Positions 52,001 to 64,000 of a DNA stretch of 64,000 nt are shown piece after piece. A program made the translations under genes and the position numbers. The stretch's first letter is position 1. Each line of letters begins with the position of its first letter. Location: assembly GCA_040954595.2 (NCBI GenBank), contig CM082580.2, positions 3,524,783 through 3,588,782 of the forward strand, read 5' to 3'. A model generated the notes under the pieces. It made no database searches and had not been told where the DNA came from. It worked only from the letters and a program-made list of their open reading frames with translations. This DNA is from Balanoglossus misakiensis (lineage: Eukaryota; Animalia; Hemichordata).

Positions 52001-54908
52001 TCCGTTTTTAGAGAAAAAAGGAAACGTATTTCATACGTATTAACGTGTCAGTATTCGTTCTCAAAAAAGCAAAGTGTTTTCGCATGTGAAGCCGCCACTT
52101 TGTGCTTTACGACGTGTAATACGACCAGAGGCTATTACATAAAAAATTATCAATATTGCTCAACGCAACTTTTATCAGAGCAGTACATTAGACATTCAAA
52201 AGGTCTAAACTCTAAATATACATCTTCTGGTACAGTTACTGTAGATCCAATGCTGCTATTAATCTGGGTAGAGAAAGAATTTCATTGATGGTGTTAACGT
52301 TGTGTGGCTTGATGGCTATTGGCTACAGGTTCTGCAAAGATGTCAGCGTTATACATTTTTAGAACACGTATAGACAATTGTGATGATATACGTTTAAAAG
52401 TGTACAGACGCTTTAAAAATCGGACCCTGGTACGAGTCAAAGTTGGCAGCAGGCACGTAGTTGTAGAGACAGATGCCGCCCTGTAGCATACCTCAGAGCC
52501 CTTACAATATATCTAAACGACATTCCATAAAGTGTCCAATAAGCAGGGTGCACTGATAAAAACTGGACCTGTTACAATCCCTGTTATATTTTGAATTCCT
52601 TTTTCGTGGTGGAAGTCACACTGTGTCAACCCTTTTTAGGCTAAAGCAGGGTGCGAATCCTTCTAAAAGTCAATTGGTTAAAGAAATACCTTTACCCATA
52701 TCCTGAAAAGTGTTCTCAAGTTGAATTGCACTTAATGTGTAGTATAATGTTTATCATGTCATCATCGTAATTTGAATGTCCGCCATGTTGAATTATTCCA
52801 CCCCTCGAAGGGTACATGTATGTACTACTAGTAAATACAACTAGAGTCATGAAGAAGATTACATAAATCGTGACACTGTTCTCCTTTTGCTTCCACGACA
52901 GCATGGCGGGAAAGTTCAGCTCACGAGTGTGATTGTGACTTCGAAAATAGCATGTGTTGTTGGCAGAATCTTGTGGACAATGACAGAGATTGGGCGCGTG
53001 AACAAGGGGCGACAGGTGTAGTTTCGCACACTGGTCCACCGGCCGATCACACAACAGGAACGCAAGAAGGTAATGAGACATCGTTCAATCTAATGTCATG
53101 ACATCAATCTGACGTTGGAAATGGGCTGTGAGTACGCCGAAAATTGAATTTCTGGCGTGTCCACAGTCCCTATCCAACGTTAGATTGATGTCACTACTAG
53201 TCTAGAATCTATCCGTTCGTAGTCGCATGGTAGTAGGGTGAATGCGACTACGAACGGATAGATTCTAGACTCTGTCACTACAGGTACAACCATTTACATT
53301 TAAGGGGCGCGAAACGTTTGACCAGCGAATTGTTCTGACTAACTGTTTATTACGTATAATAATTCTCCGCCACAAAATAATCAAAGTCATCGAAGTATAA
53401 AAAGCTGTGGTCGACTAGTTGGGATTATATATAATCCCATGATACCTTTCTTTGTTGTGACGTCATTGCATATACAAGTGGTTTTCGCGGATACGGGGCC
53501 GTGCAACTTCGAGCCGGATATGAGCCAGTTCATAAGAGAAGTATTATAGCGACCTCACGATAAACCAAGAAATTTGATGCAGGGTAACCAAAATATAAGT
53601 GTATACATGAAACTGCTTACATTTTGTTGATGAATGTGAATCAAGAGAAAGAATCGACCCCCACGCATAGCTTTTAATTATATATAATTCACTGCAGAGT
53701 TAATTAACATTATATGCGGATGAGATTTAAAGATATACATGTGTTGAGAATGAATAAGCCGTCTTGGCTGTTTGTCTGTAACCCTCACAACGTACGAATC
53801 ACATGTTGTTTGTGGCAGGTTGGTATGTCTACGTGGCTCAACTAACACAGTTATTACCGGACGCTACGGCTTCGCTGACCAGCACTGAACTAGATGGGCA
53901 CAAATGCATCAGCTTTTGGTATCACATGTACGGCAGCATCCTTGGAACTCTGGAGATCTACATTGAAGCAGGATCCAGTGAGTTTCCATATAATTATGTA
54001 GAAATACTTATATACTAGCATAGCAATATTTTACGAACTATGTGCAAGTTTGTTTTGCATTGCTGTACTGCGCTTTGCAGGTGTAGACCGTTTCTTTTAG
54101 AGCGCGGGAAAAAATCTGGGACTTCAATCATTTCCAATTCAGCTGTCACATACGTGTATGTGTCCAACGAATTCACACATGACAAATTTCGACTACAAGA
54201 TGTGACACCGTGGCATTCTTAAATGACACAATGAATAGACTTCATTTATTGCAAATGCAGTCTCAAAGAGAAAGGTACGGAAAATTTATTTGATCTGCTG
54301 CATCTTCAACCCACTCAGTATAAAGCCGGGCTGAGGTCACTATAAGCAATATTATTTTACACTCTGCAGCCTCGAAACTAGTGTGGCAAAGAGAAGGGGG
54401 CCAGTCTTCTGAATGGTTATACGCACAGTTATTATCAGAAGAAGATATCAAGTACAAAATCATCTTTGTGGTAACCGGCGGTCTGACAAATGTCGGTGCA
54501 ATTGCATTGGATGACATCATTCTTTACGATGGCGAGTGTCCACCTCTTGGTGAGTAAAACACACCAAACTTGTACACGTCATTGTCAATCTCTGATCGCC
54601 ATTTTTCAAACAAGAGTTATCGATTTTAAGACTGACAATTCTGAATAATTGTTGATCTCAACTAAATTAATCGCGAGCGTGAGAGAGAGAGAGACTAAAT
54701 TTATTGATACTGAATAAAATAATCATGGTTTACATTTTAAAGAGCAATGCGGCTTTGAGACGTCCGACATATGCGGTTATTACAACGACCCACTAGCAGA
54801 TTTTGAATGGCAGCGTACGAGAGCATCGGAACATAATCTAGGGCCTGGTTATGACGTCACTCTAGGAACAAGCAATGGTATGTCTGTCTGTCTGTCTGTC
54901 TATCTGTA

Positions 54909-54943
<35 letters not shown>

Positions 54944-54986
54944 ATGTATGTATGTATGTATGTATGTATGTATGTATGTATGTATG

Positions 54987-55038
<52 letters not shown>

Positions 55039-58000
55039 AACGGCAATACATATATGGGCCTATATGTAACCAAAGATCTAGTTCATAGAGTGAAGTACCA
55101 TAAACAGTTGTTGATTGTTGACATCTTCGTGAACATTATAGATTATTTATGTTTCTTCTCTAAGGTCACTATATGTTCGTGGATGGATATGCACGCCTAG
55201 AGGGGGAGGTGGCCAAACTTATGACGCCAGTTTACAGCGGGGCGGATGGAGAAACACGTTGTGTGAAATTCTGGTACCATATTTCAGGTAAATGAGTAAT
55301 AGGCCTATCTTTATAAGATAGTATTTACGGTCACATGGAAACCTTGACTTTTTTTTGAGATTTTTTAACGGTTGAATCCATCGGGGAACTCTTCCAAATA
55401 TTCCACTCATGCGTCATGTATACACTTGACTGAATGAATGGATTACAGATCCAGTTATTGTCACGTTATTGATTAGTTTTACTTGTGTATCTCTCATTTC
55501 AAACCATCCGTTAAGTTAAAGAGATTCACTCTCTCACTCTGTGTAGTAACTTAACCTTTTTCTCCTTCGCCTACGACCGTTGAAACGACCAACTGTCAGT
55601 TTTCTTGTCGACGCAGCCTGTAAATGTGTCATGTATATTGTTGATATTAAAAACCCCATCAGGGCGTGGGAAGTAATTTCCCTGGGGGGGGGGGGGGTAA
55701 ATATGACCTATTTTCTTGTCGCATTCGATTTATAATAAGAAATACTTAACTTAAGCAAATAAACATGAATACATTTCAATATTTAAACATGGGAGAAATA
55801 GATCAAAAGTGAAAACATGTTTTTGTTAAGGCTCCACTACCTCTAACAATTATCAATTTCTTGTACTAATTATCCGCGAGGCATTTACAGTCGTAGATAT
55901 GTGAAAAGGTGCTCTTCTCTTTGTTTGAAATTCCACAGGTGACAATGGCGGTCTTTTAAAAATGGGCATACAGGAAGAAGCCTCCGGCACCTTCCATGAA
56001 TTGTGGGAAACAGGTTACGACCAGGGTACATTTTGGCACGTGAGCGCTTATGATTACACGGCCACCGTTGATCATTTTGTTGTGTTCGAAGCTGTGATTG
56101 GCAGTGAGGGCAGCTACGATATCGCAATAGACGATGTTCTGATTTCAAAGGGAAAGTGTAGCGGTTATGCAGGTGAGTCAAGGCATTATACGGCAAAACA
56201 TGAAGCATGAGGGAAAATTGGGCTTGGTGCATTATCATGTCACGTTTCACATTGTTCTATTTATCGAAACGAGCTAAACGTCGATAGATTTCCGATTTTT
56301 TCCCCATGATTCAAATTACAGTAAACGTCATATTGGAAATTCTGCCAACTTTCCTTCGATTTTGTTTTTGCTAGTGTAGACCACGGTGAGTGATAAGAAT
56401 TTAAGACGGTGATTTCAATCAATGTTTAACATATAAAAGTTCATAACTTTGATCTTGGGTCATTCTTACAGAAATTAATCTCTTTAAACACTTACTGCAG
56501 TGAGTGTCGACTTTTGTTACCCACAGTGCAACTGCGATGATGATGATATGATTGGCCCCTAACACGAATTACATGAATTAAGACTTTTCAAAGTGGCGCG
56601 TATCCGTTTGCTTCAAATAGATCTTCTTATTTCTAAACACTTCACATTTCAGCACATTGTACCTTTGACATTGACCAGTGCACCTGGCTGAACGTTCTGG
56701 AAGGGGATGATTTTGATTGGTTGCGGTATACTGGTGAAGCAAGTGCATTGGCTGAGCTGAATGGGCCTCAGAAGGACCACACCACTAATTCTAAACACGG
56801 TAAACAGTAACGCCGACGTTGTTGTCAGTCTTGGTAGTTAAGACTTGAACCGGATGATTTTGGCATATTCCAAAAGCACTGCTTCAGTAATCTGATATAA
56901 TTTGTATAAAGTGCAAGCAATGCTGAAAAGCCCCAAATAACAGTAAACGAACAAGTTTAGTTAGGAATACGTTTAGGTCTATAACGCTTAAACTTTCCGG
57001 CAATATTCTATGAAGGAAAATGAACCGTCACACGGGAATGAGAAGACATGTTGGCTGTTGAGGGGGTTCCTGTTGTGGGCACAATAAACATCCCTAGTTT
57101 TGTACGATTGTTATCAACAATCATAAAAAGTCCACTCTAAGGTAGAAAGTTGAAACATTACAAAACAAACCTGATACGCCCCTACTGTAATATATGCCAT
57201 TTTCTTAATAGGTTGGTACATGTTTGTAGAGAGTGCGCCCCCGGGTAGCGCAGGCGACAGAACACGAATTGTCTCCGACGTCTTCATGTCATCACCCAAT
57301 GGACGCTGCTTTCAGATGTGGTATCACATGTTTGGGCCATTCGATGCACCTGGCACAATTAGGGTAAGGGCGTTCCTCGAAAATTGGAAACTCTCCCATT
57401 TTATCTGAAATATATTGGAAAGCTGACTGAAGACTAAGAGTTGAACGTTTCACCCCCTTGTCCCATGCCTTGGTAATTGCTGAAAGTTACATTCTCACAC
57501 TCCTGGCACGCTGGGAGTGTGAGAACACTGAACACTGAATCAAAAGCTGTATATGATGCGAGCGCTGATTGGTTGACAAAGCGTTCTTTTGCTACGCGCG
57601 CTAAATGTTATCCAATGGCGTGATGTGTATTACAGGGACAGACGACAGTTCGAGAGTCATTTATTCAATGTTTTTAACGAATTTGGCTTATTTGTGAACC
57701 TGCGGCTCGTGTGGGACAGAAACTCCCCAACTCGAGTGAGAAATATGATCCCAGGTCCTTGGGAGAGTGAGATTCTATTATTCCTGGTGTTACTTAGAAT
57801 ATAACCCGACAATTATCACGGCGTTTTAAACAAAATACCATTTTATTCGACAGGTTCTCGTCGAATACATCGATGGTGGGGAAGAAGAACTATGGAGCAT
57901 GACCGGTGACCAAGGCGACCAGTGGTTGGAAGCATTGATTGATATGCCGACTAACAGAGGATTTCGGGTAAGCAAGTTCACATCTTGGCCTGCAACATAT

Positions 58001-61000
58001 CCTTGTTTCCGGTGAAATGACATGTTCCACAGTTGCGTAGCGCTTAGCCACAACGACAACTACCATCGCAATTGCTTCTGGTTCAAATGTGCAAGGGTCG
58101 AGAAAACTTTTATTCATTTCACATAACATACTACTACAATGTTATATTTGTCCGCCTTGATTGCGACTCTAAATCTATGTAGTTTTACATCTACCTTATC
58201 ATGGTAACATCCAAATTCCATTCTCTTAATCAAAACAAACGTAATTTCTTGATTTTTACATTGTGTGTACCATGAAGAATAGAAATGGTAAATTGATACC
58301 AGACATTTTCCAATCACAAAGAGTCGGCCGGGTATGGTACAATGTACATAATCAATATTCACTATGCGCCATTGATATTGATATTTAAGCTGACCGAGGC
58401 ACAAGAATAGTGGGGGGGGGGGGGGGGGTCCTTGTGACCAGTCATACGGTGACCAGGATACCGTGTAAAATAAATTTGATCCGAATGCATCTCATTAAAA
58501 CAATCACACTGGATATCCATGACGTCATCAGTGCCAAGCATAACAGGTTTACTATACAAGTACATGTGTACTCCACTCCAGACCAAAGTCAAAATTCACT
58601 TGTACTATTGTCATTTTACACTGCATAGGTCGCAGTTGAAGGCGAGCTGACTGCCATTATCGCTGGAGACTTGGCTATAGACGATACTCACATGTACGAA
58701 GGTGCTTGTTCCGAGAGGCCACCGAGGTCAGATTTTGTTTGTACGGATGGATCTGGCAACGTTACAGACGATAAAAGATGCAACTGGGAGATGGATTGTG
58801 CCGATCAATCAGACGAAAAAGACTGCGGTTGGTAGCTCTACATGTTGCATTTTCTGTTGGATAACAAATGGAAGCTTAGAAGACACTTTGTGTTACGCTC
58901 ATTGCTATTGGCTATTAAACTACTAGCATTACCAATCCCCGGAAAAGCCTAGTGTCTTTTTGACAAATTTAACGTGTGATTTAAATTCGGCTTCAGGGGA
59001 ATGCAGTTTTGAAGACGGCGAATGTCGGTACATGGACACAAGTCGTGGTGATTATATGTGGATACGACACCAGGGAGCTACAACTACTCCGGGAACTGGA
59101 CCAAGCGAAGATCACACCACGCGTTCACCCCAAGGTACAGTCGAACCTGTCTATAGTGGCCAGTCAAGGGACTTTCCTAAACTAGCCTTTATAGACAGGT
59201 GGCCTTTATATAGAGATTAATTAATGTACATGTGAATTGCACAGGGACTGTAACAAAGTGGCCACTATATAGGGGTGGCCACCAACAGGAGTTTGACTGT
59301 ATAACCAAAACAAAAATGGCGACTGCAGAATACAGCAACAATCATTTGGGTCTCTATTCAGCTACATTTCAATGCCGACATCGCGCGGACCATTCGGCAA
59401 AAATAAATGGAAGGAAGATACGAAGAAAAAAATCCATTTTGTTATCAAGCTGAATTCTGTACAAATACATGTAAACACATACTGCGAGGCAATTTTACCA
59501 AGCCAGATTACCTTATAACGGTACTTTGTATAAGATGCGCATAAGGACGTTAATATGCGAAAAGGAATTTAAAACGCCATGTTTAATTTCATCAAATTTG
59601 AATATTTTCTCTCCAGGTTACTATGTACTTGTAGAGGCACATACTGGTAACCTCCTTACTGGCGCCACTTATACTGGGCCAATTGTGAAAGAGGCCTACA
59701 CCAGCTGCCAACTGGCATTTGCATATCACATGTACGGTAGTGGTAAGTATAGAGCCCGCTAATGGCACTCGGTGAAAATTGATGTGTCTGCGAAATACTT
59801 TCCAACAATTATTTGGCCAACAAGTTTTTTTTTATAGAAAAATGCGAAACTAATTATACATGTTTTATCAAGCAACGATTTAGAGGTTATTAACGGCTAG
59901 CGAGGGTATTTGGCTACGGATATAAGACATCTCAGGTGAAAATTAGCGTATTTGGCGGGAAATAATCACCGATTTTTCCAGTGATCACGATTGAGTAAAT
60001 CCACAAGTATGTTTTTCAAGAGAAATCACAATTGAACAATAGGTACAGGCAACAAAAATGGCATACTTTTGGTACATAAAGCATTGACTTTCATGACAAT
60101 TATGATTACATGAATCATTTCAGTCCTAGCGCATTTTGGTTCATAATGTTAAGCTTTATCCAACTTTTAAAGCGAGCGGGAAACTTGACGTCTTCTTCGA
60201 CCAGAATAACGAACTGACGAGGGTGTTTGTGGCGCGGGGTGACATGGGGGATAGGTGGAATGAGGCAACAGTTCCAATAGGTCGCGTCAGGACAGAATGG
60301 AAGGTAAGAAATAGAATTATAAAATCATTAACAACTCTTATACCTTTGTCTGTTTATCCAAAAATGGCAAATTTCATAAGTTGGTAGACAACTAGCCATG
60401 AAATTGTATAGCACTAAAACGATAGAGGGGTTTGACTGGCCATTTACTTTGTCACCAGTTACGTTTCCATGCTACGCCATTAGTGAACGAAGAAGGTGAC
60501 ATCGCAATTGACTCTGTTGCTCTTACTGACTGCACCTTTCCATGTAAGTAAATCAGTTAATACTTGTTTGCTATATTACGCCGAATTTATCAACTCAAAC
60601 ATTAACCTTACTAGTAACAGTGTATATTTTGAATGACTAATGATTTGCAATGTTTTAGATTGCGTAAAAAGCGTGCTTTAAAATGATCAGTGACTTGCGT
60701 GTAATTAATTTGATTTCTCTTGGTGTGGATGGAGACGCAAGAGCAGAAATTTAATTTAGGAATATAAATTTTTTGGTCTACTCAATGTTGGTACAATTCA
60801 CTCCATACAACACTCACCTAACGGCTCGTGCTATATGTCTCGAATTGTACCAAAATCTCGTGTATACCCGCCTGCGGCGGGGGTTATTGCTTAATTATAG
60901 TTCGAACTTTATGATAGATTTTGACAGATAAAAACTGAATAATATTTTCTTTCAAAGTTATGCAAATGATGTGGCATCTACCCAATTACAGAAACATGGC

Positions 61001-63631
61001 AATTGTTAATTACATCATGTACCCTGGCGCACACGTGACACGAACGCGTACACACATGAACCTACGTACTGAGACTCTCCGTAGTGTAAAAGACGGGAAA
61101 TTACACATGTATGTGCGAAAGAATAAGGAAAAGTAAACATATACAATGCGTTCCATTTGCAGCCCCATCTGCCAGTTGTTTTACTTTCCACTGTGACAAC
61201 CAGGTGTGCGTTGATGACGATCTGACGTGCGACTTCAATGATGATTGTGGTGATGAGTCCGACGAAAGCAACGCCGTCTGCGGTAAGAAGTTAACTCTAT
61301 ATCACAATCTGATCAAAATCAGATGTAGGGAACGGCGACGTGTTTTTTTACGCTGTCGCCTCACACATAGAAAAACCACGTCGCCGTTCCCTACATCTGA
61401 TTTTAATCAGATTGTATAATTCAGACACTCTTGTGCTGATTGCAAACTCACCACTGTTCCAATGAAAAAGAAACTTTGGCAACGTTATATTGTAAATTAA
61501 TCATTATTGTGCTGACCACCGTTTGGCGTGTTGCGTCCTTAAAAGTGGTATATGTTTCATAATGGCAGAAAATAGCAAAATATATAATAATTATTGAATA
61601 CACAAGTCCCAAGACCATAATGTTTCTATTATATACATTATAAAGCAACAGACTGATTATTAATTTCACACCGATCCTGAAAAAGAATGGCAACCACTGA
61701 CGTCATTGCCTTGGTTTGTGTTTGTCTTCTTTTTTAGCCGACTACCACATGTGTAACTTCGAACATACCGACGCCTGTGGATACAAGAACGATGACTATC
61801 ACGATATCGACTGGTGGATACACCAAGGCTTGGCATCTGAACTCATGGGAGAGACGGGACCATCCAGGGATCACACCTTAAATTCAGCTTTGGGCTGGTA
61901 CATGTACGTCGATACGCGTTTTCCCAGAAGGCAAGGCGACATCGCCAGGTATCTGACGACGAACTTTCAACCAGGGACCTGTGAGGTAAACTCATTTGCA
62001 TATATTAAGCTATCTGACAAAAGCATGTAGCTAGAACATGAGTATATAGGGCCAAGCGATTAGTTTAAATAGTAATTTGCAGTTATGGTCATCAGACTGC
62101 CCCAGTCATCAATTGGCCATAAATCAACGGTCACTATCATCAACTCAGTTCTGATCACAGTGAGCACTTCGCCTTCTATTTTCACAGCTTCGATTTTATT
62201 ACCATATTTGGGGTGAACACGTGGGAAGCTTTGAAGTCTACACAAGAACTGCCATTAACGGTCCAACGAAACAATTATTCTTCCGTGACACATCAGCTGG
62301 TGATTGGTGGCTAAGGCAGACAGCCGTCATTACAGAGACGGAGAACTTCCAGGTAAAGAGCAGAATCTCCCCCAACCTTCAACTTGTAAACAACAAGAAT
62401 CAATTGGGCAATTTAAACATTCTGATATTCTGTATAAAATATACTCAATAGCACTACTGAATGTACACGCGTCTATGTTATATTGATAAGGATTGGAAAT
62501 AGACACAGCAGCTGAAAGACAGACCAAAAATACTGAATGAAAACAGCGAGAGGTCACAGCTAATGGAGCTTTTATGAGGATTTCAGCCAAATTTCAACCA
62601 AATCCACGTACGTTACACACTTCCAATTTCGTTACAGGTTGTCTTTGAAGTTATCGTCGGAGAAGGTTTGTTCGGAGACGTTGCCATTGACGACATAGTA
62701 GTAACTCCAGAATGTCGTCCGTACAGCGGAGAGTTGCCCACCGTGGAGCCTTCTCCCACGCCACCTCCACGTTGTCCCAATGGTCAGTTTGACTGCAACA
62801 ATGGAGTGACCTGCATCCCTGACAGCCAAAGATGTGATTTCAAAGAAGACTGTCCCAATGGATACGACGAAGCTATCTGTGGTGAGTGCACTTAGCAGCA
62901 GTCGGGCAGCAATGTTCCATTCGGTCGCCATAACGAAAGAGCTCATCTAATTGACGTTTTACATTTCACGCTGTTCTACGGATAGGAACTATTATATCGC
63001 CTGTATTTGTTAGAGTGGAATCAATATCAGCATGCATCGGCATGTTATCCTCAGGATTTGCCCTAAGCAGCTTGAAATTAAAACTGAACATCTTTGAAGG
63101 AAGTCGTTTTAATTCTGAGATTCTCAATCTCCGAAGTTCGTATGAAGTTTGGTTTAATTAACTTTTCATTTCTTTGTGATCATTATCTGTGATTGGCTAA
63201 TTCTCAACATCCCATGGTAACGTAGGCTAAATTTTCATTGTCGACAGTTTATCTTTTAGCAAACCTGTGATAATTTTTGAACCAATAGGCCCCTATATAT
63301 ATTCTGTTTGCAGCTGACATCGTAGTATATGGCCACACTGTTATGTGGGATACGTTTACAATCAATATGACACGGGCAAACAAACAAACAAACAAACAAA
63401 CGCACACACACACATGCACACGCACACGCACACACACACACACACACACTGATAAATATAACATTAATATTATTCTTTATTTTTTACATTTTATAGCTAC
63501 ATGTGATTATGAAGACGGTCCGTGTGGCTGGAAAGACGCTAGTTCCGGTTCCTATTATTGGGAAAGATTCCACGTGACTAAAAATCCGGCTTCACATGCT
63601 CCTGACACCGATGGCGCTGGCAACGCTGACG
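49065..63631 (+). CDS. Gene B: second MAM and LDL-receptor class A domain-containing protein (MALRD1-like paralog), 3' end outside window; 20 exons, ~1,016 aa
   Basis: Exons 49065-49110, 52902-53069, 53819-53977, 54370-54549, 54743-54877, 55165-55287, 55939-56172, 56653-56799, 57212-57363, 57854-57967, 58629-58827, 58997-59134, 59617-59742, 60173-60303, 60459-60543, 61163-61282, 61738-61985, 62188-62352, 62638-62881, 63497-63631. The spliced N-terminus is MTIRLHLVILLLFSAAWRESSA-HECDCDFENSMCCWQ (signal peptide, then MAM). It contains 5 complete MAM, the start of a 6th, and 3 LDLa. Exon 1 is the least certain. Confidence 0.9.
51691..52000. mobile_element. MITE-like element (taattacaggggtgggccg ... 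cggcccacccctgcaatta)
   Basis: ~19-bp inverted repeats. Exact ends and TSD were not resolved. Confidence 0.6.
53198..53272. mobile_element. 75-bp hairpin element with perfect 30-bp IR and 9-bp TSD (tgtcactac), Mutator-like by TSD length
   Basis: agtctagaatctatccgttcgtagtcgcat / atgcgactacgaacggatagattctagact. TSD at 53189-53197 and 53273-53281. Confidence 0.85.
54880..55035. repeat. Compound microsatellite (TCTG)n(TATG)n(TG)n
   Basis: Directly visible. It starts at the exon 5 donor of gene B. Confidence 0.98.
59138..59299. mobile_element. TA-flanked MITE (CAGTCGAAC...GTTTGACTG); relatives at ~6055-6200 and ~23595-23672
   Basis: TIRs and TA flanks. The sequence ctatagtggccagtcaagggactttcctaaa is shared with the reverse complement of 23630-23660. 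Confidence 0.8.
61304..61415. repeat. Hairpin/MITE with ~45-bp inverted arms
   Basis: acaatctgatcaaaatcagatgtagggaacggcgacgtg / cacgtcgccgttccctacatctgattttaatcagattgt. Confidence 0.85.
63378..63449. repeat. (AAAC)n + (CA)n microsatellite
   Basis: Directly visible. Confidence 0.9.
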
Positions 63632-64000
63632 GTAAGTTCGAAATCTGCTCCATTGGCGCAGACTGTGAAGGAACTGTGTTACGTATGACGTCATTGCTCA
63701 TGTTATACTTCAGCTCTGTTGGGTGAAAATGTACAAGACCAAATAATCTTAGGGATAATGCTAAATGTAGGAAACATATCAAGTTTTAGATGCGTCCATA
63801 ACACACATTAGTGGTTTTGATGCGGTTGTAAATTTACGTAATGGGAGGGTGGGATTTTTCTGTGATTCGGTCTTGCCTACAAACCACGAGAAATACGTGT
63901 ATTGTATAGCTAGCTATATAGCTAGTGAATAAATGACTGACTGGATGAGTAAATTGATGGATGGATGGATGGATGGACAGACGGGAGGACGGACGGGTGG

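Overview
AT-rich, intron-rich animal genomic DNA, probably from a marine invertebrate (inferred; the taxon cannot be fixed from sequence). The window holds two head-to-head, multi-exon genes for secreted or cell-surface MAM + LDL-receptor class A (LDLa) domain proteins of the MALRD1/MAMDC4-like family. Gene A (minus strand, ATG at 44742) runs off the left edge. I traced 72 GT-AG exons with compatible lengths and phases, giving about 3,820 aa: signal peptide, 20 MAM and 9 LDLa domains. Most of gene A is a tandem duplication of a ~17.6-18.3 kb, 31-exon cassette (9 MAM + 3 LDLa, ~1,660 aa), joined in frame inside an exon. The two copies are a patchwork of near-identical and unalignable introns, consistent with gene conversion. 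Gene B (plus strand, ATG at 49065) runs off the right edge. Its 20 traced exons (~1,016 aa) are a signal peptide followed by an exon-for-exon, phase-for-phase diverged version of the same cassette. Introns carry many non-autonomous DNA transposons/MITEs, several with empty sites in the other cassette copy, plus hairpin repeats sharing GA/GA mismatch motifs and microsatellites. There are no prokaryotic features, and nearly all listed ORFs are exon fragments or spurious. Coordinates were read by eye and may be off by a base or two.
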